A program made the position numbers and the translations under genes. Positions 1-14,713 of a stretch of 64,000 bases of DNA are shown here, one piece after another. The notes below the pieces were generated by a model. The model saw only the letters and a list, made by a program, of their open reading frames with translations, had not been told where the DNA came from and made no database searches. This DNA is from Paraspadella gotoi (lineage: Eukaryota > Animalia > Chaetognatha), in contig CM119264.1 in the NCBI GenBank assembly GCA_051294375.1, forward strand, positions 11,569,832 through 11,633,831, written 5' to 3'. Positions within the stretch are counted from its first letter, which is position 1, and the number at the start of each line of letters is the position of its first letter.

Positions 1-612
1 GGGGATCAGATCTTCATCATTGAAGGGTAACATTCTCAGCATTAACAGATGAAATCATCAGCATTAAAGGATGAGATCTTCAGCATTTAGGCATTTTACG
101 ACATGAAAACAATTTTAAATATTGTTTACTGTTACTACTTTATTATCATTATTATTTTCTCTCTCTCTCCCTTCTTTTAAACGCATTTCGCAGACTTATG
201 CATGTATGGTTTATTTGTTTTCTGTGCTGAATCAACCTTGTTGCATTCGAATAAAAACCGCTTATTTAGGGATGAGATTTTCAGCATTTAGAAATGTGTT
301 ATCCCAGAGAAAGAGATGAGATATTCTGCATTAAGGGATGAGAAATTCAGCATAAAAGGATGAGATCTATAGTATTAAGGTAAGAGATATTTGGCATTAA
401 GGGATGAGGGATTCAGCATAAAAGGATGAGATCTATAGTATTAAGGTAAGAGATATTTCGCATTAAGGGATGAGAAATTCAGCATAAAAGGATGAGATCT
501 TTAGTATTAAGGTAAGAGATATTTCGCATTAAGGGATGAGAAATTCAGCATAAAAGGATGAGATCTATAGTATTAAGGTAAGAGATATTTGGCATTAAGG
601 GATGAGGGATTC
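1..612. repeat. Minisatellite: ~22-bp monomers (CAGCATTAAGGGATGAGATCTT-like) forming a 66-bp higher-order repeat at ~331-612
   Basis: TTAAGGGATGAG recurs at 331, 397, 463, 529 and 595 (period 66 = 3 x 22). Looser 22-bp monomers occur at 1-90 and 262-330. Confidence 0.9.
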
Positions 613-2600
613 AGAGGCTGAGAAGTTGAAGGAATCAGAGGTGAAGAGATTCTGAGGTCAAATCCGGCGAAATCAAGTCACGTGCGACGGACGAGAGAGA
701 CGCACCCTCGACTGACTCGAGAATCCCCTTGACGTCTCTCTCTACTCTCATCTTTCTCTGCTTTCTCTCTCTCCTCTCTCTCTTCTTCTCCTCTCGTCTC
801 CTCTCTCTCTCTCTCTCTCCGCTTCTCTCTCTCTCCTTTCTTTCCTTTTTAATTCCAATTCATTCTCTTCTCTTTATTTTTCAGTTCATTCTTCTTCTTT
901 TTTTTTCTCCCTCTCTTTCCTTCTTCTCTTTGAACTCCTATTTTTAGCATCAAGATGCGCAACCATTTATATCGGGCTAAAAGTGGGAAAAGTATTGAGC
1001 GGGTGATGAAATGAGGGAATTGAAAAATGATCCTTTTCCCGCGCGAATTCTCACATCAACCAAAAGAAAACAAATGGCTCCTCTCAAACTCCTAAGGCTA
1101 CACAAATTTTTCATGTTAAAATAAGGATTTTTTAAAAAATATATTTTCTTCAGAAAAAAGTTTTTTTTTTAGGATTTCTTTTTAATCTATTAATAATATT
1201 GTCGTTTAGTCTGTTGGTCTTTTAATTTGCCTTTCAGTCGGTCTCTCGTCTGCTCTGAACATATGAAAAGCAAAATTTTAGAAACAGAATATATGTTTGT
1301 TCAATGTTCATGTTAAATATCTTGGCTCTTCATGATCTTCTTAAATCGATTTTTCTCTCAGTCGGAATCTTCATCATCTCATTATTTAACTCTTTGGTAA
1401 ACATTTTACTGCATCGAGCATAACCATCATGTGGGATTATCTCTGTTTTAAGCTACGTTAGATTGCTCCCTATTGCAGCCTATTGTAACTTGGATTGTAT
1501 CGGCAGTTGCATCCTCTTTACTCGCACCCGCTCAATTTTCAATCTGCCATCAACTCCCAAATCGTTTCTCATCTCTCCTAATTCCTCGGCCTATTGAATG
1601 AATCACCCTGTATCCCTCTACCTCATAATTGTCTCAATCGCATTCGATCGCTCTATATCGCTCCTCATTGCTCGCCACCTTACGCCCACTCCGCATCTCC
1701 CTCCAAACTTGTCAGAATCGCTCTCCGTCGCCCTCTTCGTCGCTCTGGATCGCCGCTTCGCATTTTTTTTTGGGGTCTCGAATTCGCTTTGAATTATCCT
1801 AACGAGTCTGACTGGAACAAAAGAGCAGAGGCGCGAGAGGCGCTGCCTCTTTCCGCCGCCAGACGCGATGCGAAACTGAGGCTCATGAATTATTCCCCTC
1901 CTCATTCCCATAATTCTTCTCTGGATGAGAGGGACCCCGTATCAGAGCCCTGAGGTGTCCCCATCTCCGCCCCTCCCTGCTTGATACCATAATTAGGGGA
2001 CCAAAAGGGAGTCCCTATCGTATGTCATCCTCAGGCTTCTGCTCGGAAACGAGTGTTTGATTCGCAATGATTTACAGTCCACTAAAGAGGTTAAAAGTTC
2101 AAAATTAAATAATCCGAGAACAAAGCCACATCGATCTCAGAACGGATCGGTGGATGAAAAGGGCTCCGCCTTAGGACCCCAAGATTTTTCTCAGCTGAAG
2201 GCCCCTGAGACATCACCTCATGAAAAGAAATCAGCTGCGTCAGGTCGGAGGTCATTAACCGAATAAAGAGATGGCAACAGTCTGTAGCAAACTGCTTCAA
2301 ACCGGTGATTTCGTATTATTAATATTTCAAACATTAAATTCTCTTTTTGTTCCAAGGGGATCACGACAAACGCCCTCGGTCAGAATTTAATCTGCCATCG
2401 GTATTTAGGTAAGTCGCGGAATTTAATGAAAATGATACAACCAATATGATAAAATGAAGGATTAATTTTCTTTGGCTATTTTAACACAATTTTAAATTAA
2501 AAACTTGTTTTAGACACTAATCTTTCACCTCCGCCCAACCATAGAAAGGCAATTAACATCTCCGCCTCTTTTTCACAATGGAGTCAGAAATTGGCTCCAA

Positions 2601-2682
<82 letters not shown>

Positions 2683-2876
2683 CCCATCCATCTAAACGCA
2701 TTATTTATTTACAATTCAATGGTTTTAACTTTTCATTTTCGCATTGACTCCTGAAGACAGAAGGAGATCCAAATTCGATCATTCTCGCGATGGCAATAAT
2801 TTCGTTTGGTCGAGGAATAACAGATTCAACTAATGAAATCGTCAATTGAAGCGAAACGTCGATTCCGTTTTGATGA

Positions 2877-2910
<34 letters not shown>

Positions 2911-3786
2911 NNNNNNNNNNGCCTTTTTCCTCTGCCCCGATATCCCCGCTTTTCATGATTTAAATTATATCCTACTATAATTGGCCAGCTAAAATTTAAC
3001 TTTTTACCACGAATAAGCTCTTTTTTTTAAAGTTTATGATAATTTCGCAGATTACGACATTTTGCATCATAAAAATTGCGTAGATAAAGCAGCTCGTTTT
3101 TCAAACAAGCGAGATCGTCAAAGTTATTATTAACCCAATAGCCTGGTAGCGCGCCATTTATGCAAATTGGTTTTTGTTATGGACGGAGAGAAGGTAAATG
3201 GAGAAGAAGAGAAAGGCAAGGAAGGTGGGTGAGGCGAAGAAAGGAGAGTAAGGGATTGGGTGAGATTTGCCTAAAAGGTTTTGATCGAAGACGACGAGGA
3301 CGACGACGACGACGAGCGTGCTCAGTTGCAAAAGTCGCTCAACTGGAATAACTGGAAGAAAAAGAAGAAGACGAATGGTTCGTCCCAACTCAACAACTCG
3401 GTAAGAATTCATACTCAGTTTTTTTTTCATTTCTAGCGAAATCAGAACCTAACCATTATTATCATTCCGTATTATATCAAGTATAATAAGTTTTACAACA
3501 TATTGATATAATCTCAATCAGGATCAGTTTGCCAACGATCGACTTGCAATTCCTTACGATAACTCTGCTGACCAGCCAGTAAATAACACGTCCGACTCTT
3601 CTGCCCGCACAGAGAAGGCGTTGTTCCACCGAGCAGCAACTTTGGCGGGAAAACTAAAGACGCGAGGGGATTTATTCTTTGATCCGCCGCTTAACTCGTC
3701 GGCAACGATTCTGGCGCGAGAACCGGAACCATAGACTTGTTAGTGGAGACGAGGAGAGCAAATAAATGAGAGGAAGAAGGGGCGCG

Positions 3787-3854
<68 letters not shown>

Positions 3855-4416
3855 AGAGAGAGAGAATTTATATCCGATTTGCTTTCCGATCATTTATTCT
3901 TCCTCGAGTGTCTTTTTTTCTTCCTTTCTCTGCCTCCGTTTTTCTAGTCATAAGTTTTTTCTCCCCACTTATTTATTTTTCTAGGAAAAAAAGGAAAGAT
4001 AAGGAATGGAAGATATAATAAAAAAGGAAAAGAGGGGGGAAAAAGGAAGGGAAAGAATAAGAGTAGGAAAGGGAAAGAGGAATGAATCTAATGATGGAGA
4101 GCGAGCAAAATAAAGTATTTTCTCGGCCGATGCACAGATGTTCTGTGTATGTCGACGTAAACAAGAAGGGCGAGTCCTCGCGTAAATAAACAACAATTAC
4201 ATCTACAATTTGTTCGTGTAGAAAGAGAAAACACTTCAAGAGCAATCGAAAGATGGTAAAGGAAAAGAAGAAAACAAAAGAAAGAAAAAGGAGGCAAAAA
4301 ACCTAAAGAAAGAGGAACGAACGAATTGATAGGACATTTTTACCGGATGTAGGGATTTATGGCGACGGAAAAATCTTGAACGAAAGGACTGAAAGCTAAG
4401 AGAACGAATTCGGCTT

Positions 4417-4469
<53 letters not shown>

Positions 4470-5087
4470 AGATATTTATCACAGGTTTTTTTTCTTTTCT
4501 ACTGTATTTTAAGTAGGACGTAATTTCGACGCCGCCCCACCCGCTTTTACCCGGAAGTTTCTCTCTAACTTCAACGTGTGGCTCCATTTCAACCGCGAGC
4601 GGCGCGATTCCAACACTCGGCGCCGAAAAGTTTTTCACAGAAACGCTTTCCGTCGTCTTAGACTCTGCCGGCGCCTTCGTCAACTTTGGGCGTGGAATTG
4701 TTGCCAACAGCAATCTCTCATGCGAACTGTCTCGTCGGCGCAATCTCAGCAGCCGACGTCGGCGCCGAATTTGCCTTTAAAAACAACCGGAAGCCGAAAA
4801 GTGGGGCTGTCTCGGCGACGCTGAAGGCGAGGAGCGACGCGACGCGAGCTGCGCCGCCACGAAGCGGCGACGCCGATCGAGCTGCCGGTCGGTGATAGAG
4901 TGACGAAGTGTCGATGCATATGCGGGGAATGGAATCGGGTGGGCGGAGAAAAGGGAAGAACCCCCGGGGGAAGCTTTTCTGTGAAACTCACCCCCTGTTC
5001 TTCGCCCTCAGAGTCATTTGTTCGAGGGAAAGAACCCGAGAGTAAAGGGGGCGGCGCAACATTTTTTTCCCTTTTCTCTTTCCTAAA

Positions 5088-5123
<36 letters not shown>

Positions 5124-5132
5124 TCTCTTTCT

Positions 5133-5216
<84 letters not shown>

Positions 5217-5939
5217 CTCACACAAACGAGGTTTCAAAGTCTTTACCATCAGCGATTGAAATTCAATCCCCTTCTTTTTCAGAATCTTCAACCGGGACGC
5301 CACCCCGTTTTATATTTCAGCAATTCTTACCGAAGACTGCCTTCAGTGATTCCCTTCCTAACACTCCCATGGCAACCGACATCCATCCAAGCCACATCCC
5401 TTCACCCTGCACCCCTCCCCCTCTCCCCGACCGAGAGGCCATCAAACTCTCGCCTCTTTTTTCCCCTTAAATCGAGATTTGTTGTCGATTTCTCACCGAA
5501 ATTAGGATGAAGGAGAAGACGAAGAACAGGTAAGTTCGACGAGGTGAGAAGAGGTGAGAAGAGGCGAGGGGGGGGGTGAAAAGAAATTCAGTTGAACCTC
5601 AAGTTGAGTTTTATTCGAGGTTTTTGAAGAAATCGAGGCGTTTGAAACTAGAAATAGAGATATAGCAACCTGCTTATATAAATAATTAAGGTTAGATAAT
5701 TAAAAAAAGACGCTTAAAAAGAGAAATGAGAATAGAATTAAAATGATTAAATCGATTTACTATCTTAAAATCTAAAAAAAGTAGTGAAAGAAGTAATTTA
5801 ACAATTTTCATATCAATGTTTGATTAGCGTTAACTTAGCGATCATTACTTTTTAAAAGGATTTTCTCGGTTTTGACTGTTAGGTAGGTTTTAAGAGAATA
5901 CTAACACTTATAATTAAATAAAAAGGACTGGAGGGGGAT

Positions 5940-6034
5940 TATCACTGTTGAGGTTGGCCACCAGTGTAGGATTTCTCCACGGTAGGAAAAGACTGGCCGA
6001 CGAAACCACTCTTACTCATCAACTTTGGCTGATG
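5940..6034 (+). ncRNA. Degenerate type I hammerhead-like fold, probably inactive
   Basis: Stem I TATCA(5940-44)/TGATG(6030-34); core CTGTTGA where the consensus is CTGANGA; stem II GTTGGCCA/TGGCCGAC; GAAA at 6002-05; stem III CCA/TGG. It has two core deviations: A6>U and the U of NUH is missing. Confidence 0.3.
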
Positions 6035-6941
6035 TGAAATTTAATTCGCTCGCAGCCGAAAAAAAAGATCATAAGTCGCCATTTGAGACGGAGAGTCGTT
6101 GCGCGACCGCTCGGGGGCGCGAGGCACGGTCACGTGACTCTTCATTCGGGCGATTTTCTTAGGGTTCACACGAAGGTGAAAACTTTAAAGAGCCTCTCAC
6201 CGCCGCGACCTTGAGACGACGACGATCGTGATGAGGAATCGAGGCTTGTGAGAATCACGGGGCGGAACCTCGAATCACCAGAGGCGAAAAAGGGAAGCGT
6301 TTGATAATTCTCGGAGGACTTTTTTTTTAGTTTCTCGTCCGTTTATTAACTCTGACTGTTTAAAAGTATTTTCACTTTTTATTAACGCTCACTGTTTAAT
6401 GTGTTTATTGTTTAAGTATTTTCACTGTTTAAGCATTTTCACTCTCGCCGTCTTCTCTTATTCGTTATCATCAAATAGTATTTCCGTATTCATTACCTTG
6501 AAAATCTATTTACAATCTATTTACAATATACAATGTACAAAGTGCACGTATCGCTGTAGGAACATTTTCAAGGCGTCGACTGATTGGCGTTATTTTCCTT
6601 CGGAGAATTAGTAACGTCGATGTTGATGATTCTGCGGTTTCTCTCCTTATCTATTTTCGCCCCCAAGAACATTAGCTTCTCCCCACGACTTGTTTCTAAA
6701 ATAAGAACTTGCAACACTCCCCCAGAACAACCCGAGTTGCTTCCATCGCACCTACTACGTATGTATACCGTTTTCTTAGCTTCCTTAATTGTTCTCCTTT
6801 CCCATCCTTAATTATTCTTCTCTTAACTTTCTCTTTCTTTTCTTTTCGTTCCATCCCTAACCTTTCCTATCCTTTTCTTGCCTATTCGTTTTATTCTACT
6901 ACCCTCTTTCCTTTGTTCCTCCACTCACTTTCAGGCTGTCC

Positions 6942-6973
<32 letters not shown>

Positions 6974-8815
6974 GTCTCTCCCTCTCTCTCCTGCTTCACT
7001 AACCCGCTGGTCCCCACTCTGTCTCCCTCTTTCCGACCGGCTCGTCAATGGCCGGAGCCAAAAACTTGTTTCCACCGAAAAAAATAGCGACGTCATCAAA
7101 AATTGACTCGACTAAGGAGCATCCGGCTTTTCTCTCTCGCGGCTCGCCCCCTTAAAAACTTTCTTACATAAACGCCGTCGTCGTCGTCGTCGTCGCTTCA
7201 ATGACGAGCGCCTGTCTACAGGTGCCGGGACGTCGCCCGACGAATCTCAAGGCGTCGAAGCTTCGATTCATTTCCCGAAAATGTGCTTCGTCGCTCGCGG
7301 GATTTCGGCCACGGGCGAGAGTCGTTTCGTTTCCATAGCAACGCGACGAAGACTGCTTCGCAACGGCGGGAGAAGAACATCGAGGAAGCAATGTTCGTTT
7401 CCGGTTAAGATGGCGTTCGCACCTGGAGACTCATTTGCTCGAGCGACGATGGAGAAGGGGAAAAGGAAGACGAGATGACGACGACGACGACGACGACGAC
7501 GTGTACTCTCCTTCGCAAGATGACTTTAGTTTCAAGATTTTTTTTTATTCTGTGACCCTTAATTGGACTCGGGAGACGCTTTTAAATTCGGTGCCGTTCC
7601 AGAGTCTTCTCTTTTCCTTCTTCGTCTTAAAATTAGATTTTAATTATAACGTCGCTTTGTTTATTGAGCTCATTTGAGTCAAACGACAGTCTGCGTAAGA
7701 CGATTCTTTTTTTCACGAGATTGTCATGTTTTTGACCTGTTTTGTATATCGTTTGTTGAAGATGTTTGCAATGAAACATCCAGTCCGCTGAAAGCCCTAA
7801 TTTGATTCCCCGTTTGATTTGTCTTTGTTCTCTTTCCCGTTGTAGATCTCTCTCTCTCATTTTGTTTTTTTTTTCCTCCTTCGTTTTTCCCGTCAAGTCT
7901 TCTTTTTCCTCTTTCTCGTCTTCGTCCTCGTTAACTCACTCGCCTCACCTTGGACATCCTCACCTCGGAATTCCATTTTCCTCCCCTTTTCCTTCTTCCC
8001 GTCATTTTTTCCCTTCCAACTTATTGACCTCCAACTCGTCAAGGATTGACCCTTCTCCCCTTTCGATCGTCTTCTCTCTTTTTACCTCCTCCCTCTCTCC
8101 CTCCCTCTCTCGTCCTCTCCTCGTTTTCCGCCTCGCTTCCTCCTCATTTCCTCTCCGATTCTTCTTCATTTCTTCCTCATTTCCTCTCCGCATCTTCCTC
8201 ATTCCGAATCCGACCGGTCGAAGGGGGGCGAGGGTGGGCAAAGGGGGTGAGTTCTGTGGGGGAGGGGGTTGAAGAAAGGAGCCGTCGAATTGGGGGAGAA
8301 AAAAAGAGTAAGTAAGTTACTGAAGAAATACGAACTAATCGGTTAAGCCCGACGAAGAGTGTCTCCCCGGAAGGGGCGTAACTTGAAGGTTTGCGAATCG
8401 AGTGCGTGAGGGGAACGAGGGGATTCGAGTGGTGCCTCGTGATTTGCGAGATGGGCGGGGAAGGGCTAAGGGGAGATTGAGGGTGCGGCGTCTCTCGAGA
8501 AAAGAGAAAACACGTGACCCTTTATTTCGCCCCCTGTTCGTCGCAATCCTTTCTTTCTCGTTACCCGCGCTAATTCTATTTTCTTTTTGCCTTTTTTCTT
8601 TTTTCTTTTTTTTTTGGGGGGGGGGAGGAGGGAGGGGTGGGTCGTTCCTTTTCGGTTTTTTTTTCTTTTCCTCGGTCGGATGCTCAACATCAATCAATCA
8701 ATCAATCAATCAAATGGATTAATTGTTAGAAAAGCAAAAAATAAAACATTACAAATAAATTAGAATAAATCTATCAATCAATTGGAGTAAAAATCAAACA
8801 TTAAAAATATATTAG

Positions 8816-8848
<33 letters not shown>

Positions 8849-8985
8849 TTTTTTTTAAGTTACGCCTAAAAAACAGCGCTGTTTGGATGTTGGGATTTAT
8901 TTTAAAACCAAGAAAAATTAAAAAAAAAAAAGATAGCAAGTTCTGAATCTTGTATTCATCCTCCCGGATTAAGACAGCATCACGA

Positions 8986-9147
<162 letters not shown>

Positions 9148-9805
9148 CCGGAAGCGAGAGCGCCAAAGAAGAGGCGAGTTAATTTCTGCCTGAGTTGCTT
9201 ACAACAATGCCGACCGGCGAGGGTTTCCTCATCGGAGAAAAAAAATGGAAAGAGGAGGAGGAGGAGGAGGAGGAGGAGGAGGAAGAGGAGGGAGAGAATG
9301 AAATTAGGAGAGGGGGGGAAGATGGATGGACTGATGAAGAGAGGATAATTTGAAAACGAGGAGGATGAAGGACCGACATAAATCTCGATGTGGTTAAAGC
9401 CAATTGTTCTCTGCGAGGCTAAAGGTTAAAGGCGCTTCGGGAAGAATTCTTTAGGTTAATCACTTCATTCTTTTTCTGTCATTATTAATATTGTTTTTTT
9501 TTTCCAGAACGCTCACGTAACGCGGTATAATGAGATTCTTTAAGAGGACTAAGATGCGCACGTCGCCAATGGCAACAACCTTCGGAATCAAGCGATAATC
9601 GAGGCGGACAACAGGAAATGCGACTTTGACGTCGCATTTCTCGGAAAAGATAATTACTCATGAACCGCAAAGATTATTACCTCGTCTTTCTAACGTCTTC
9701 TCCATCTCGGAGCCAAATCCAACCATTAATTTCGTCTCGCTTCTTTTTTTTTTTTGCGATTAAAATCCGATTTTCGAATACGAAGACCTTGAGAGGTAGA
9801 AATGA

Positions 9806-9941
<136 letters not shown>

Positions 9942-11130
9942 ATGGACGAAATCTAAGAGAATTAATTTCTCATTTTTTTCGTTCAGGAGGCCTAAATAGA
10001 GCGCCTAAATAGACGCCTGTGCCGCAAACGTAAAGATGGCGTTGAGTGATGTCATTGCCAAAAAAACTGAACCAAACCGTTAGGCGCATAATCAATGGTG
10101 ACGCCCGATGTTGCACTTTTAATGTTTAATTTAAGTGATTCCATATGATTACTATTTTCCAATGACACCCCCTTTAGGGACTGACCCCTTTCTCTCCAGC
10201 CCTTTTTAGATTCATTTATAACAATAGTCTTTGGGTAACTTATTTTACCTACATTATAATTCAACGTATCTAAGGATATCGATGAAAAGGAGAAAAACAA
10301 TATAGAATAAAAGAAAATTAGTCTATAAAAGGAAACAGATGGATATACAGATAGAGATAGAAAGAATAGAGAAGAAAGCAGGTAATAAAATACAAGGACG
10401 ATAATGAAGGAAGTAGGAGAGTGGGAGAAAAAAAATCGACGTTAAATAAGGAAGGAGGAAAGAAAGGAAAGTCATTTTGAGCGGAAAAAAGAAAAGGTAA
10501 ACAGGAAAAAAAAGACAAGAAGAAAAGAAAGCGAGCGGGAATGAGGAAAAAAAAGGAAGGCAATATTCGAAAGTTGCTGTCATAAAAGCCGACACACGTT
10601 TGGTTGTCTTGTGTCCTTGCGTCGAGATTCCTTTTGAGAAGAGCGAGGGGAAAAGGAGGGTTGACTAGGGAGTGTGGGTGATATTAAATACACATTGGAG
10701 GTTTAGCAATAAGAAAACATTTGCTTTTTCTTAAAATCCGAAATTAATTATTGAACTTCAAATTATTAAAAAAACCCAAAAAAACAGAATTTGTTCTGAA
10801 ATTACTAAAAACTTACAAAACTTTCGAATTCTAATCTCAAGAAATCATGAAGTGTTTTTTATAGAAACTTATTTTGTCTTTGAGTTGGAAATAAAAAAAA
10901 AACAAACTAGAATGGTGTTGTAAATCTGTGACTCAGAAAAGCAATTGATTAATCCTGACTTTGTTTTCACTAAATTCTTTTTTCAAGATTGTCGTCTTTG
11001 TTCCAACGTTTCGCTCATTTCGGATTTTTTTTTGGCCTCAACTTTTTATTACCTTCTTTTTGTGCCACATTAACTTTTTAACTGTTTTCATTTTCTCCAA
11101 AAAACCGAAAGATATGCAAGTGAAGGAGAG

Positions 11131-11233
<103 letters not shown>

Positions 11234-12248
11234 TGAATGGTAGTAAGAGCCAGGTTAAAGCCGAGCAGAGCGTCGAGAGTCGAGTTCACGCTCCGTCGGT
11301 CTTTCATCACTACGAAGAGGGAAGTGGGAGAAGGTTGAAAAGAGCGGAGGGGGAGAAGGCGTGCGAAATGTCGGCATGATCGAGAAAAAGCGAAAGGAGT
11401 CGGAGAGAGGCGTAAGACTAAGAGAGGTTTCTTTATGCATTGGAAAGCTTTCTTACTAACCTTTCAAAGCACGACAGAACCTTCTCACCAAACGATGTTG
11501 GTATGCCGCTACCCTTTCGAATGTTTGCTGCGTTGCTAGGGAACCAGAGTTATTATGACGCAGTCTCATGTTTTTCCTTTTGTTGAAAAACGAATTTTTC
11601 TCTTCCGACCGACGGATCGCGTCCGGCCCAAAGACTCTTTTCACTGCGCTTATATGTCCGAGGAAAAAAATAGGACCGAAAGTATTCGTAGGCGTTCATA
11701 TCTACTATAATTCGAACAAAATTTCCTTTTTAATATTTTTATTGATTTATAATTTTATCTGTTATGCCAGCGAATTTCTGTTTGTTTAATCATCCTATAT
11801 TTCTTGTTTGGCAACCATGATAAATGTCAGTTTCCGCATTCAATCTGCGACCATTCTGTGTCGTCTGACTCTTCATTGTTAACAATATTGTTGGCAATTC
11901 AACTTCTAGACAGACGTCGGCAAAGAACGCTAATAAAACTTCGAATCAGTTCATTTTTACTTTATAATCTCTATAAACTATTCAATTTGTTAATAAATGT
12001 GTGAAAATGTTAGGCTTAGCTATAGTTCTGATAAACCTTTCCAGATTATATTTTTACATTAAACTCGCTCGCCCCATAGGCCAATTTTTTGTGGTTCTTT
12101 TCGAGCTACATTAACCGACCGCAAAGAGTCGCATATTTGTCCTTTTATGTTCTCGCCCGTTTCTTCCGCGGACCAATAATTTTCTTGGTCACTCAATTGC
12201 CGCGGGGAAGGCGGGGGACGTGGAGTTAGGCGGCTGCTCTCTCTCTTC

Positions 12249-12302
<54 letters not shown>

Positions 12303-12525
12303 CAAGCTCTTGCACCCTCACTACACCCAATCGATGGTCAAACGAAGGCGAAAGCGCAAGAAAAGGTCAGCGACCAAAAACGTCGTTTTGTTTGTTATTT
12401 TTGTTGTAAAAAAAAGAGAATATAAACAAAAAAAAAGTCGGCCGAGCAAACATCGCGAGAGGGACCAGTTGCTCTCTGTCGCGTGATAAGAATTCGCGAT
12501 GGGAAATGATGACAAGGGTGGAGAG

Positions 12526-12576
<51 letters not shown>

Positions 12577-14713
12577 GCGAGAGAGAAAAGAGAGAGAGAG
12601 GAGAGAGAGAGAGAGAAAGAGAGAGTAAGAGAGAGAGAGCAAGAGGAGAGAGAAGAGAAGAGAGAGAGCGAGGTTTGTTTTAGAAAATACTAAAAGACTA
12701 AAAGTGTTTACTGTTTAGGGAGTCTTTAATTTTTTGTTTCTTAACGTTTTCAATTTGAAAGATGGGTACAATTAATTGGTTTTCTTTTCCTAAGTTGCCT
12801 TTTTTCTTTAAATATTTTAGTCACATTTTTTAATAATCGAATTACCTTCTTTGCATATTCTTTTTCCGTATTTCTTTAATTTACGTTTACACCTTTTTTT
12901 TTTCTTACGTCTTTCCACACTTTTTTTCGAATTTTTCCTCCCGTTTTTCTCATTGCGCTTTTTTCTTTTCTTTTTTCTTTTTTCCATTTTCCCTCTCCTT
13001 TTCCTTTTCCCCCCATATGCGTCCATCGCCGCATCCGCCGCCGCAGCCACTTCCGACGCTTCCGCCGACCCCGCAGCGCCGCGCAGTCCCAAGCGAAGTC
13101 CTCGCCATCTCTTTTTTCCCCCCAGCGCGGAGTTCATTAGGGAAACAAGAGAGCAACAACTGACAAAATACCTCAGGCTTTCCGACTTTCGGGGTTTTTT
13201 TTCGCCCCATTGCCCGCGGCGAGGTTCTTCTTTCTGCGGCTGTCGTCGCGGCCGCCGACGGCTTCGTGGCTCCTGATCTCAAGTCCTCGTAGAGTGCTGA
13301 GTCGTCTCGAGTTCGCGTCCTGCTATGAACCGTATCAATGATAAAAGCAGACGGCCGACTGAGAATGAATCGGAATAACGATTATTATGTCCCTTTGCCT
13401 CCAACTCCATCCATCCTCTTTCTTCTCATTGATTGTGATATAAGGAAATCAACAACAACGACAACGCTGTTTCTTGTGACTAATGTCTCCACAGTCGTTA
13501 CCTCACCATCTCATCGACCATCCAATCTGCTGTTCCCTTCACTCGGATGCACCTTGCGAGTTGACACCTGTTAGAATTGTCGTCACCCCATGTATTTTGA
13601 TTTTATATGTCAGCTTCACATGGGTCAGTCCACCATTGTTTTTTCCAGTTGCCTTTTTCCTATGACCTAGTAAATCGTTTAGTTACCTGATTCCACAATT
13701 TTTGCTTCCTAACCTGAAAATTCGTTTTGGACTTTATGTCCGAATCACCTCGTTTTCTCAAAATGATATTTTGTTGTTTTGTGATTCGAATCGACGTCGC
13801 TCTTATCGATTGTGTGTTTGGGCAAAAGGAAAATTCCTCGTCGTCGTCGTCGTCGTCGTCGTAGTCAAGTGCGCCGCGTTTTTACCTTTATTGGAACTCT
13901 TATTTTTCTCGCAGGATATCGTTAATTTTGGAAAAATTTACAAAGTTAAATGATATAGATTTTTGTTTAAAAAATCAGGGATCGTTTTAAATCGCTGGAA
14001 GAAAAAGAACAGAGCCCAATTACTTTTATCACAGTTTGATGGTTAAATAGCTAATAGGCAGAAGCTTTGTGAATAATTACTTAATCAAATTGTTGTCTTA
14101 GCTTATAATCTTGTCTGCCTCATCTCATTTTTTTATTTCAATTTCAAATTATACGACGAACGTAGTTCTACTTCTTAAATTAAAATTCCTCCTTCCGGTT
14201 TTTCATCAAATTGATATTTTTTCTCTCGTTTCCTCGATTCGTCTTCCTTCGTAAATTGAAAAAAAAAATCGTGGAATTAACTCGAGATGAAAAATGGGAA
14301 GTTTGGATTCGGGCGAATCGGCTAAAATTAAGAACGATAACCGATAAAAACGAGAGGTAAACAAGAATCGGCTGAAAAACAAACGAACTGAGATTTAAAA
14401 AAAAATGAATCCCGAGACGCGTTACTTAAGGGACTGAAAACAAATTGAGACTCGTAAACAAAAAAAAACAAAACAAAAAAACAAAGAAATTAATGAGAAA
14501 ACGAAAAAAAAGCCACAAAAAAGTAAAAAAATTCACACTTTTACAAATTAACTACAAAATTTAACTAAATGATGCGTCAGCCAGTAGATTTTTAAACTTA
14601 AACAGTAAATAAAAAGTGAGTTATACATTTGATTAAGATTGATTAAGATCCTCCGATGGGTTCATCTACTCACTCCCTGTGATCGCGTTTTCACAGTTGT
14701 GACGCAAACGGTT

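Noticed and set aside
1598-1792. GPCR TM3-like motif (VSIAFDRS) in a 64-aa ORF
   Set aside because: It lacks the DRY tyrosine, other transmembrane exons and convincing splice sites, so it is probably chance.
4510-4900. GC-rich segment with overlapping ORFs on both strands
   Set aside because: No frame gives a recognisable protein and the splice boundaries are ambiguous, so a CDS call cannot be supported.
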